Of a stretch of 64,000 nt of DNA, positions 53,091 through 64,000 are shown piece after piece. Positions within the stretch are counted from its first letter, which is position 1. Each line of letters opens with the position of its first letter. The notes beneath the pieces were generated by a model that was not told where the DNA came from, ran no database searches, and saw only the letters and a list, made by a program, of their open reading frames with translations. The position numbers were made by a program, and so were the translations under genes. The DNA is taken from positions 63,426,001 through 63,490,000 of the forward strand of contig NC_092356.1 of the NCBI RefSeq assembly GCF_963676685.1, in the 5' to 3' direction. The stretch comes from Mytilus edulis (Eukaryota).

Positions 53091-54296
53091 CTAGAACACA
53101 CCCGTGATATCGCGGGTCCGTGACTGAATTCAAGTATACAACTATGCGTATGCCTTATTTTAGTATTGGTATTGTCATCTGATAAAGTCATGCCGATTAT
53201 AAGATGCCCAGTTTTCTCTGCTTTCAAAATCTTTCGGATTGAACCCGACAACCTGGAACCCATCAGTTATTGGTAATATTAATTGAAAACAAAAGGGCCT
53301 GGAATGGAGTATTTTTTAATCAATAGCATTGTTCAATATAAGTTATAAATATAGTTGAATTCTTTGATTCGCTGTTTTACGTCATGCCGGCTTACAAATA
53401 ATTGAAAATTGTACATCTTCTTTTTTTATACTATACGCCTTATTTTAAGTCCAGATTTTTAGTATTCGTATTGTCATCTTAGAAAGTCATACTGATTAAA
53501 ATACTGCAATAGGGAGAAATGTGACAATGATTGAATTTAGTAGTGTCAAACCTTTGATGATGACCCGTGTATATAGCAAAATTCTAAATACACCGTTTAG
53601 TGGTGTGCCTGTCAAATGCGGAACGTACAGATAAGGTAATAGGTAACAGGTGAATATACTATTGGTAACGGTATCGGATTCGACCCTGAACTTGTTAATT
53701 ATTGGCAATATTAATTAAATGGAAAAACAAAAGGGCCTGGAGTGGTGTAATTTTTAATCAACACCATTGTCCTATATTAGCTATATATAAAGTTGAATTC
53801 TTTGATTTGTCGTTTTTACCCGATGACGGCTGATAAATTGGACCTCGTTATTTTAGTATTATAGATACGCCTTATTTTCAGTCCAGATGTTTAGTATTCG
53901 TATTGTTATCTTAGAAAGTCATACTGATTAAAATACTACAATAGGGAGAAATGTGACAATGATTGAATTTAGTAGTGTCAACCCTTTGATTATGACCCGT
54001 GTATATAGCAAAATTCTAAATACACCGTTTGGTGCTGCGTATGTCAAATGCGGAACGTACAGATAAGGTAATAGGTAACAGGTGAATATACTATTGGTAA
54101 CGGTATCGGATTCGACCCTGAACTTGTTAATTATTGGCAATATTAATTAAATGGAAAACAAAAGGGTCTGGAGTGGTGTAATTTTTAATCAACACCATTG
54201 TCCTATATAAGCTATGTATAAATTTGAATTCTTTGATTTGTCGTTTTTACCCGATGACGGCTGATAAATTGGACCTCGTTATTTTAGTATTATAGA
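53091..54296 (-). mobile_element. Non-autonomous Helitron with a tandemly duplicated ~431-bp 5' segment
   Basis: 5' TC(TATAATACT), 3' hairpin ACCCGCGATATCACGGGT then CTAG, inserted between A and T. Units 53435-53866 and 53867-54297 are near-identical, with a degraded partial unit at 53145-53435. Confidence 0.85.
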
Positions 54297-56609
54297 TACC
54301 AGTTTCGCACTAATTAAAACAGTATGAAGGCAAACCAAAACTCGAAAATGAAGATAATTACATGTCAAACATTTACAAAGGGCCAATACGACTCACACAA
54401 TCCATTCCTGAGGTTACTCTGAATTATTCATATTTCATGAACAACAAATTAGCACACAATTAACATATCAGTGGTAAGTAAGATTTTTTTTATGGCTTTG
54501 GTGTTGATACATGTAACAAGGACTAGTTGATATGTAAGATATACGTTACAGTCTTGTTTCAAATTCCTACATTATGTTCATTTGACAGTGAAGCACGTTC
54601 TTTAAACATGATAAAGATAACATCCAAGCGACAGAATTTTAAACAATCATACTGTTATTGTTCAGGAAGTGTGAATCACTGAAAGGCTTGTTTTATTTTT
54701 CAAATCCTTGTTGTTAGATGTATTCCTATTTTTATCCATCTGATGAATAAAGCCTTTTTTAAATGAATTTAAAAGTTTTTTTCCTATTTTGTACAGTTAC
54801 ACCTAGTGTTTCCCATATCACACAAAAAGGGCATGGTAACTGCAATGAACAGGAGCACCTAGAGCACCCAAAAGGGGACATCGGTTATGATAAGAATTAA
54901 AAAAAAGAAATGAATGGTTATATTGCATTGGTAGAGTATGAACTGACAGTTGTTGATGGAATCAGAGCTCAAGATAGCAATCAATAAAGGTGTAATGTTT
55001 TTCATTTTTTTCATTTTTTCAAATCTCCCGCCTGTCCAAAAATGCTGTATTTATATTAAAAAGGTCCCTGTTAATATACAATGCATTACACTTTTATCAT
55101 TAATTTATATATGCTAGTACATATGTTGGATAAATGTTTTCTTAAAATTTAAAAGTTAAGGTAAAGCTCATATGGAGGTGCTCCTAACTGAAGGAGGATT
55201 ATACTAAGAAATATAAGTTTACTTCCAGTTTACTGGTTTACTAATTTTACATTACAAGAAAATTAGTCGAAGGACCAGTTTAAAATCTAGGAATTAAATC
55301 CTATATAAAATGGAATGGTGTTTTAACAAATAAAAAAAATCGAAGAATTTTAAAGTATTTAAAAAAAGGAGTCAAAAAGGGCCTGTCGTCATTAAACAAT
55401 GCTAAACATATATTGGGGAACACTATACAGCTCTTTCCAATAGTAGTAGGAGGGTGTTGGTTTCAAACTTGTTTGAGCCCGCTTTATTCTTTGTGTGCTT
55501 GTTGTGCTTGTCCGAAGTTAGAAGCATGTCATATTGGTTTTTGGTTCATTATTTTGAACATCACAAAGGCCATTAGTTTTCTAGTTTGAATTGTTTAATA
55601 TTTGTCATTTCGGGGCCTTTTATAGCTGATTATGTTACCTTTCCTCGTCATGAGAATCTACAGTAGTACATAGTACATGATATTTTATGCATGAAGATAG
55701 AATTGATTGCAGATTAGCTATATTATCTGTCTTAAAGGAACGTAAGATGCAGTCATAGACATAACTACGTCTGAACAAGTGACAACTCTACGACAGATCT
55801 AGCCTTTGGATCACAAGTGAAGGTAATACACGTCTTTATTTCTTAAATTATACAATGAGGTTAAGATGTGTTGCATACAGAAATAATAAATAAATATCAA
55901 TCAACGTTACAAAACGAGGTAAACAAATATTTAGACAGTATTTAAACCCTATTTGATACAAAGTACATAAACTGCATGTATCGTTAGTCACAGGATGCAA
56001 ATGTCTGCTTATTTTAATAGGTGCACTTATAAATAATGATACTGATGTTCAAACATTTGTTTATAATCACTGGACATGTGATTTTGTTTTTTTCATTTAA
56101 AGTCAGTTTGAGCCAACTGTCCGAAAAAAATATTGTTTTAAAATTGTGTACAACTGAATCACCCATGATAAGCATTTTTTTTTTTCTATATCAAAAATGC
56201 CAATATACATGTACCTAGAAATGTGATCGAAATTTAAAAATATCTGTAATATTGATACTAAAAAGAAATACTAATGACTTTTATATCATGTGTTTTGTTC
56301 TAGTTGATTCCCCTTTTATTTTGTTAGTGAATTCCTAATTCTTTGAAGTCACTTTATTTGTCTTTGAACATTTTTGACAAATGTTAACACAGTCAAATGC
56401 TACAAGAACTCCAACAACGATAACAATGCATGCTGTTCCAAATAAACCCATAGTTTGTGATGAATATCTGTTGTCTGGGGCACTTGTTAATGTTCTTCTG
56501 TGTTCTAGAAAAGGAAATACAGATTATTTATTGAGCTTACTAAATTGTCAGTTATGAATAAATCCTTTAGAATGGGAACAGCTCGAAGTAATTAAATCAA
56601 AAATAATAT

Positions 56610-56876
56610 TATATAGATATAGGCAGATGTGGCGTGAGTGCCAACGAGACAACTCTCCATCCAAATAACAATTTATAAAAGTAAACCATTATAGTTCAAT
56701 GTACGGCCTTCAACACGGAGCCTTGGCTCACACCGAACAACAAGCTATAAAGGGCCCCAAAATTACTAGTATAAAACCATTCAAACGGGAAAACCAACGG
56801 TCTAATCTATATAAAAAACGAGAAACGAGAAACACGTATAAAGTACATAAACAAACGACAACTACTGTACATCAGA
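56610..56876 (-). repeat. Abundant dispersed repeat family (other copies at 9375-9610, 12085-12215, 31615-31785, 32065-32250, 33455-33563, 34225-34575, 52118-52300, 63590-63970)
   Basis: Shared core gatgtgg..tgagtgccaatgagacaactctcca...gtacggccttcaaca. Confidence 0.8.
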
Positions 56877-59800
56877 TTATGGTCTTTTTCATTGTGGTTT
56901 AAAGTAACAAATTGCACTTACATACACTACTGATGTTATAGCATTTAGTATAAGTTTGATAAAAACATGATTGACATACACACCCAACACTTAAAATTTC
57001 CGAAGGAACAATAACTTAAAATTTCCGAAGGAACAATACCTAGCTTATCTTAATTAATTGAAACAGCTGTGCAGGTGAAGTCAACTTTGATAATCTTACT
57101 TGTAGTCTGAATCGAAATTTATGAGTAGATACTTCAATTTAGAGTTATATCTATTTAGAACGGCGGCCAACTTGAAATTCAAGTGGAGATGCATTCTAGA
57201 AGCTTGCACTCATATATTCGTATTCTGTTAATAATTAATTATATCGTGAATTAAACAACCGACAATATTGGTACGTAATTTGAATAAATAAAGGTAGTTA
57301 TGATTCTCCATGGAATTCTAAAATTTCAAAATTTGATTGATTTGTGAGCAAAGAGAATCACAAAATATAAAATTCAAACGCAGGAAAAAGGTTTTTAGAG
57401 AACCAAACTTACATATGTTTTAAGTAATTGTATTTTGTTTAATTTTTGATAATGCACTTAATTGGGTTTTTTTGTTTGTTCAACAATAAAAACGAGCACA
57501 GTAACCTCAATAATATTTTTATATCGTTAAAAAAGGACATGTTTATAGTAATGCAATATTATTTTTAAAAAGGTGTTCAAGATGGAGTTTTGAGATATAG
57601 CTTTTCAAAATAACACAACATAAATTTCGCTGATTTCTAAACTTTTTCAACACATTTATACACCTATTTGATACATTCGTTTTTGATTGTAATATGTTTT
57701 ACTGGAAGTATATTAGCTTCATATACCATTTGAATATTCATATGACGTTCAACTGTTTCTGATGCATACAAATCAAATAAAACTCTGAAGTATTAGGAAT
57801 TAACATGTACATATCATACTTTGCCATGAACATATATGAAAATGTTTCCCCAACAATGATATAATAATGTAAGACTCAAACTATTGACAATTAAAGCTTA
57901 CTATAAGTATCTTTCTTACTGACAACCAGCTCTTTCTCCAGGTTTATCTTGCAGATGGGTGTTTGTTTCTGTCTTGTTACATAACTTGTAACAATAAATG
58001 TTATATGCTAACTGGACAGGGGTTGAACATATATCAGTTTGTTGTGTTAACGGCTGGCCTGTCGATGATTTAACTGAACAAAATTTAAGAATGAAAGTGA
58101 ACCAGATGCCAGATATTTAAGACATCCCACTCGATTCCTAGAAACAATGTAATGTTAGTACGCAACTCAAAAAATATCTTCGGATTACATCGGCAAACTT
58201 TAAAATGTTTAAACGTGTGTACTTGTATTGACCAAATAGATAAGACTAGTATCTATTGAGTCATTTTATAATCCCTCTCAATTTACTATCCAAAGCTCCT
58301 ATGATAAAATGACGAAATGATCAAGTTTTAACACTAGGTGAACTGCTATACTCTGTTTTGCATATGTTTACCTATTATATCAATTTGATTTGCTCACATG
58401 CATTTCTTCGGTTTTACTTTGTTACACTGATTTGTTTTCTCTCAATTGATTTATGACTTTTGAACTCGGGTATACTATTATTGCCTGTTTTAATGCAATT
58501 CTGTCGACGTTAAGAAATGCCGGTACCCAGTCAGAAATTTGAGTTTTTTTTTATAATTGTTTAATGTGTTTTAACTTTTGATTTTGACATTGTTTTAAAG
58601 AACTTTCCATATTCGATATTTTGATATTTTACATTTTGCATTTGTATTTTCGGTTATTGTTCAAGCTTTCTTTAATGATTTTTTATAATTGTTTTCATTC
58701 TGGGGGTTTTGTGCGCTAATTATACGGTATAACATGTATAAGTTTCACCTATTACTGGAGGTCAAATGACGATCTGTTGTTGATCACAACTTCATTTATA
58801 TGTTTGCAATTTACGAAGTATCCTACCGTAATGGAATTAAACAATATTTTAGTATATTTTATAAACACATTGAATTTCACAATTAGGATTCATAAGCAAG
58901 CATCAAGTGCTTATATTATTAATTCTGTCTCCTACCATGGGAAGCCAAAATATGACCAAGCAAAAGTTAAGAAAAAAAAAAACTGAAACACGAACAATTA
59001 TATTTCGTGACTTATATTTCTATCTCCTTATTCACTTTACAAATAATAGAAATACATACATTTGACAAAGACCGCCAACACATTTGCTCTGTACCCTCCT
59101 TGGAACACTGTAAATAAAACAAAAAAAAAGTGTTATCATCTTAATTTACTGAAATACGAATTATAATACAAACCGCGTCTTGATTTCCTTAACTTATTGA
59201 AGGAGTTAAAAGTTGATAACATATTTGGCCAAAACAAAACGTCAAGTAAGTAGTAAACTTTCGATCACAAAGTAACAACAGATGCAAATAAAGATGTCAA
59301 TATCTTGAACTAAATGTATTAAATCAGTAGATTAAGAAATTCTCGTAACATTAAATATATTTGTTTCCTTTACTTTTTATCAAAGTAATTAACTATTTCA
59401 TGTCACGTAATATTGTCATTTTAATGTTATATTTAACATTGCTATAAAAGCAGGAGGTTTGGCTAGCCACAAAACCAGATTCTATTCATCATTTGTTTTT
59501 TAAAATGTCCTGTACCAAGTCAGGAAAATGGCCATTGTTTTTTATAGATCTTTTATGTGTGTGTTACATTTGGGTGTTGTGTTTCTGTTGTGTCGTAGGT
59601 CTCCTCTTTTATATGATGTGTTTCCCTCAGTTTTAATTTGTAACCCGGATTTGTTTTTCTCTCAACCGATTTATGAATTTGGAACAGCGATGGAACAGAA
59701 TAGAAACTTTTGTTAACTGACATGTCATACGATTAATGTTAAACAATGTACTTATCAGCTTATTATATAATTGATCAATCACAGTTACTTTAAATTCTAT

Positions 59801-60105
59801 CAATCGCATGAGCGTTTAATGTTTTGTGATGATTTTTTTTTTTTGCTGGCAAGAAACGCAATTTCAAAATGAGGTTATTGAATATATGTATGTCTAACTT
59901 TCGCATTCAATATTTTCAAAACATCTCTGAATGTAAAAGGGATTTATTGTTACAAACATTATAGGGTTACCGGATTTCACTCCCGGTTTTTAGTGGAGTT
60001 CGTGTTGTTTCTAATTTTTTATTTATAACTGTTGATGTAAATGTCCTTTGTTTTTTTGAATCTTTGTTTACTCTTTGGTTTTGATTGTTATTGTCTTACA
60101 TTTGA

Positions 60106-60158
60106 TATATATATATATATTATATATATATATATAGATATATATATAGATATAGATA
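60106..60158. repeat. Imperfect (TA)n microsatellite
   Basis: Directly visible. Confidence 0.9.
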
Positions 60159-62220
60159 TTGTAAAGGAGGGGCAAAAGATACCAAAGGGACAGTCAAACT
60201 CATAGATCGACGAAATCTACAAATGTGGCAAAGTGAAAAATTTACTAAGCTTACATTGATGTTTTATTATATAATTATTGTACCTCGTAGGAATATTATT
60301 GGTGATAGTATATTTTTAGCATTAGGTCAGTAGGTGTGTTTCAAACGCAAAGTTATTAGCAGAGTTACGTACCTTTCAGAAAGTAAACAGGTGTGTGTAC
60401 TCCAATTAACATACATTGTTAATATACACATTTATAAATCTAAATCGATACATCTCCGCACTTATGAAGTATTATCATTTTTAATGAAAAGCTCTTATGC
60501 AAAAATGCAATGTTTGTGTAGTTAAGATTACATGGAAAACTTGATGTATATTTTCCTTTTGAACTCATGAGTAACATGGAACATGTTGTGAATAGGATGG
60601 CTTTCTATATAAATTGATATGTTTATGTTTTGGTTTGGTTTGAAATCAGCCGTTTTTAATAAATTGCTGAAGGTCCAAGCTTCTTTTCTCCTATCTAAGG
60701 GAGTAAGATAATCGTCTTATATTGTTGATTTGCGTCTTTGATACACCATGTTTAAAAATCCGATGACAATGAAAACAAAATTGTATGGATTCATTGAAAA
60801 TGGAATTCATTTTTTTTTATCCGGCAGTGAAGTGAAAAAAAACAAAGAACAACACTCGGGGACGTTCTCTGCAATTAACATAAAGATTCGAATATACGGA
60901 ATCGAAGAACAAAATCAAACACTATTTCCCCAAATTTAACAGAGGGATACCATTGCAAATGTGTTTAATGTATTTAACCAGCATTTTTGAAAAATTGTAT
61001 ACAATCACATGGAAATTATTTCTCCTCTTGGCACTGATAAGAAATTGAGGCTAATAAATAAATGGTTGAACAAGTCAACCCGAGATCAAAGAAGACAATT
61101 TTTCTTCATCAAATAAACTTTTACTTGTGTATTTTTCCCTAATGATAGAAAGTGTTTGTTTAAGTAGTCCCTCAATATATCTAAAGAATTACAATGTATG
61201 CTTAGCCATGCGTTTTATGTTTTTAAGTTGGTTTAATTCAAACTAGTTATTCGAACAATGATAAGTTTTGTATGCATCCCGAAGTATTTAAGGGGAATCT
61301 GTACTATTAATGTGTGGTGGTATCTCTGTCAACGATAGGTATATGCTTGCTTGTTGTTCTACGTCATATATTGTTTATATGCAAACTTGCAATTAAATAA
61401 TATATGTGTAAAAAACACCAAGCCGGGGTTATGACACCAGGTTATCCAAAACCTATCCGAATTATAAATTATAGAAACTTAGCTTGAGATAAAAAAAAAA
61501 CTTTAAAAAAAACTAGCTAAGAGTATTTGCTAAAACTGGAACTGCAAAATATATCATTTGCTGATAATCCTTGACAGATAGTAAGACTTATATTCCGAAG
61601 CGTATAATCTGGGACTAGTACACTGTGTTATAGAAGTCTCAGGTATAATGCACAAAACAAGGTATGTTGTGTACTCTTAAACTAAGTAAGGGGGTATTTT
61701 TCTTGAACCTAAATGTGTTAACAGAAGTGATCCGTGTGGTACAGCGGAATTATTACTTCAGATGTGATAGTACGCACAAAAATAATATGTCTAATTTGGT
61801 CATTGGAAATGCTAACCCTCATATTTGTATTCGATTTAAGTCGTAAATCTAAGATATTTTGTAATCAATTAAGGAAGCTTAAACGAGACGTAGATCCATT
61901 TAGATATGATTGTTTTTTTTTCTTTATTTCACAAATGAACAGCTGAAGTAGAGACATATAGGTAGTCACGCTAAGTTGGAATTCCAAATGCTATTTTACA
62001 AGTTTCCCGTTTTAAATCAATATTGTAACAGTAATGATGACGAATTCCCATAACTGTCCTAGAACATTTACAATCGAATTGAAATATAAATCTGTGATTT
62101 GACGTCGTTTATGTTCACAATTTTGAGGAAACAGAAAAAGTTAGAAATCGATCTGAATTAATTCACATTAGTTTCGGAGGTTTCTTTCTTTCTTTTTGTT
62201 TTAAATACATATTTAAGTGT

Positions 62221-62398
62221 AAAAGAGGGGCCAGAGGGACAGTCAAACTCATTAATCGAAAATAAACTGACAACGCCATGGCTAAAATTTAAAATGACAA
62301 ACAGACAAATAATAGTACAAAAACACAACATAGAAAACTAAAGACTAAGCAACACGAACCCCACCAAAAACTTGGGGTGATCTCGAATGCTTAGGAAA
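62221..62398 (-). mobile_element. Penelope-like 3'-terminal fragment
   Basis: Reverse complement of ~23550-23730. Shorter pieces lie at 11735-11875 and 60162-60216. Confidence 0.8.
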
Positions 62399-64000
62399 AG
62401 AGGTTTGAAATATGTATCATTTTTTCTAAAATGTAAATTCTGACGGATATATATACATAACGGAACTAGTATAATATGTAATATATGAATATGATGTTAA
62501 AAAACATGTTTACAAATATTTCATCAAAACAAAAAGCCTTCGTCAGTGTTTATAATTGTATTGCTGATAGAAAATTATTTGAAAAAAATCAGAAACGATT
62601 GTTACGATAGCAATCCTATTGACTAAACAATTCTTACCTGATCAATGTCAATTATCGACCAATAATTTATAACATCTGACTTGAAATGCTTGCCGTTTGG
62701 TTGAGTGATATTTTGAGCTTCGTTGTTATTAATATTGTAGGTGATCTCGCTGTCCATATACAAATTATATATATCGATATTGCTGTCTTCATAAAAAAGA
62801 AAAGAAAATTCAAAATTCTATAAATGCAACATATTCGACAATCACAAAAGTAATTATAAAAAAATGAGTATTGTGTAAAATGACTAAAGGAAAGTGATTA
62901 AATATATTCTTTCTTTTCTTTGCATTATGTTAATACTTCCTTCGTTTAAATACAAACTTGTATTATATTGCATTTGGTTTAAGTGAAAGTGATAACGCAT
63001 TGCTATTCACCAATCAATAACTACATAAAAATAAGGCAATAAGGTTCAATAAAAAAAGAGGAAACAATGGAACATTGCTCACCACCAAGACAAAATAACC
63101 TTATTGGAAAATGGCCATTGTTATAGTATAATTCGTTTCTGTTTGTGTCACATTTTAATGTTGTGTTTCTGTTGTGTCGTTGTTCTCCTTTTATATTTGA
63201 TGCGTTTCCCTCAGTTTTAGTTTTTAACCAGGATTTGTTTTTTTCTCAATCGATTTATTACTTTCGAACAGCGCTGCGGTATACTACTGTTGCCTTTATC
63301 TAATTCAATATTTGGTACTTCATTTTTATGTTCTCAGACCTTTTCAAATTTTAAGTCTTTATTCTCTTGGTTTTTGTGAGTATCCAATGGAGTTTATTGC
63401 ATAGCACAATAGTTATCAAAGGTAACAGGCTTAAATATTAAAACAAGTGTCGAGCGAACAAAAATGACTGTTTTACTTTTACTAGAAATGAGTACCTGAT
63501 TGATGTATAGATATTATTGATAGACTGCAGAAAAACAGTACCCACCTTCGAACACAAGTTTCCAATCCTCCGCAGCTAAGTTACAATTAGATATAAAACA
63601 ATATGGTATGAGTTTCAATGACACAACTCTCCATCCGAGTCACATATTTTTAAAAGTAAACCATTATAGATCAAAAGTACGGTCATTAACACAAAGCCTT
63701 GGCTCACATCGAACAGCAAGCTATAAAGGGCCACGAAAAATTACCATTGTAAAACCACTCAAACGGGAAAACCAAAGGTCTAATCTATATAAAAAACGAG
63801 AAACACTTATGAACGACATCAACAAACGACAACTAACTAACATCATATTCCTTACTTGGGACAGGTGCAAACGATTGAAGCGGGTTTAACGTTTGAATGG
63901 TACCAAACCTTCACCCTTATCTGTAACAATAGTGTAACATCACAACATAGAAAGACCCACTATAAAATATAAGTCTAGCTATATCGATATTATCTTTTAA

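Larger units (their letters stand above)
56335..63590 (-). pseudogene. Copy C: pseudogenised paralogue of A/B
   Basis: Exon 8 56504-56335 (open), exon 7 58073-57902 (172 nt, 8-nt frameshifting deletion and a Cys>Gly change), exon 6 59107-59060, exon 3 62786-62638 (open). Exon 2 remnant ~63590-63546 lacks KIDT and is cut by a repeat insertion. Exons 4 and 5 are absent. Confidence 0.88.

Noticed and set aside
53496-54140. Two near-identical 70-aa ORFs as duplicated genes
   Set aside because: They are by-products of the Helitron's 431-bp tandem units, with non-ATG starts.
56989-57038. 25-bp tandem duplication (also a ~140-bp-period diverged pair at 2300-2480 and a small hairpin at 3838-3890)
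   Set aside because: Ordinary slippage or tiny MITE remnants with no further structure.

Overview
Very AT-rich, repeat-dense eukaryotic DNA. The dispersed repeat families look like those of a mytilid mussel (Mytilus-like); the organism is my inference. Most ORFs in the supplied track are spurious or repeat-derived. The main biology, largely invisible in that track, is a tandem array of minus-strand 8-exon paralogues, assembled by hand from GT-AG sites and consistent exon phases. Gene A (10790-24022, 326 aa) and gene B (27248-37014, 327 aa) are intact. Copy C (56335-~63590) is a pseudogene, and two extra ATG-bearing first exons lie at 5806-5818 and 45310-45322. The proteins are predicted type-I membrane proteins: signal peptide, a ~190-aa extracellular domain I cannot name (possibly a divergent fibrinogen/intelectin-like fold), a Cys-rich linker, a coiled coil, one TM helix and a short Cys-rich tail. 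The array is interleaved with mobile DNA: a decayed Penelope-like element with an N-terminal GIY-YIG (Naiad-type) and its fragments, a 5'-inverted Tx1/L1-type LINE, Ginger-like, hAT, Helitron, Kolobok-like, Harbinger-like and TA-target MITEs, hammerhead-ribozyme retrozyme copies, and a tRNA-derived SINE. A 3.4-kb array of a 40-bp unit has its single-copy ancestor visible in the paralogous promoter region.
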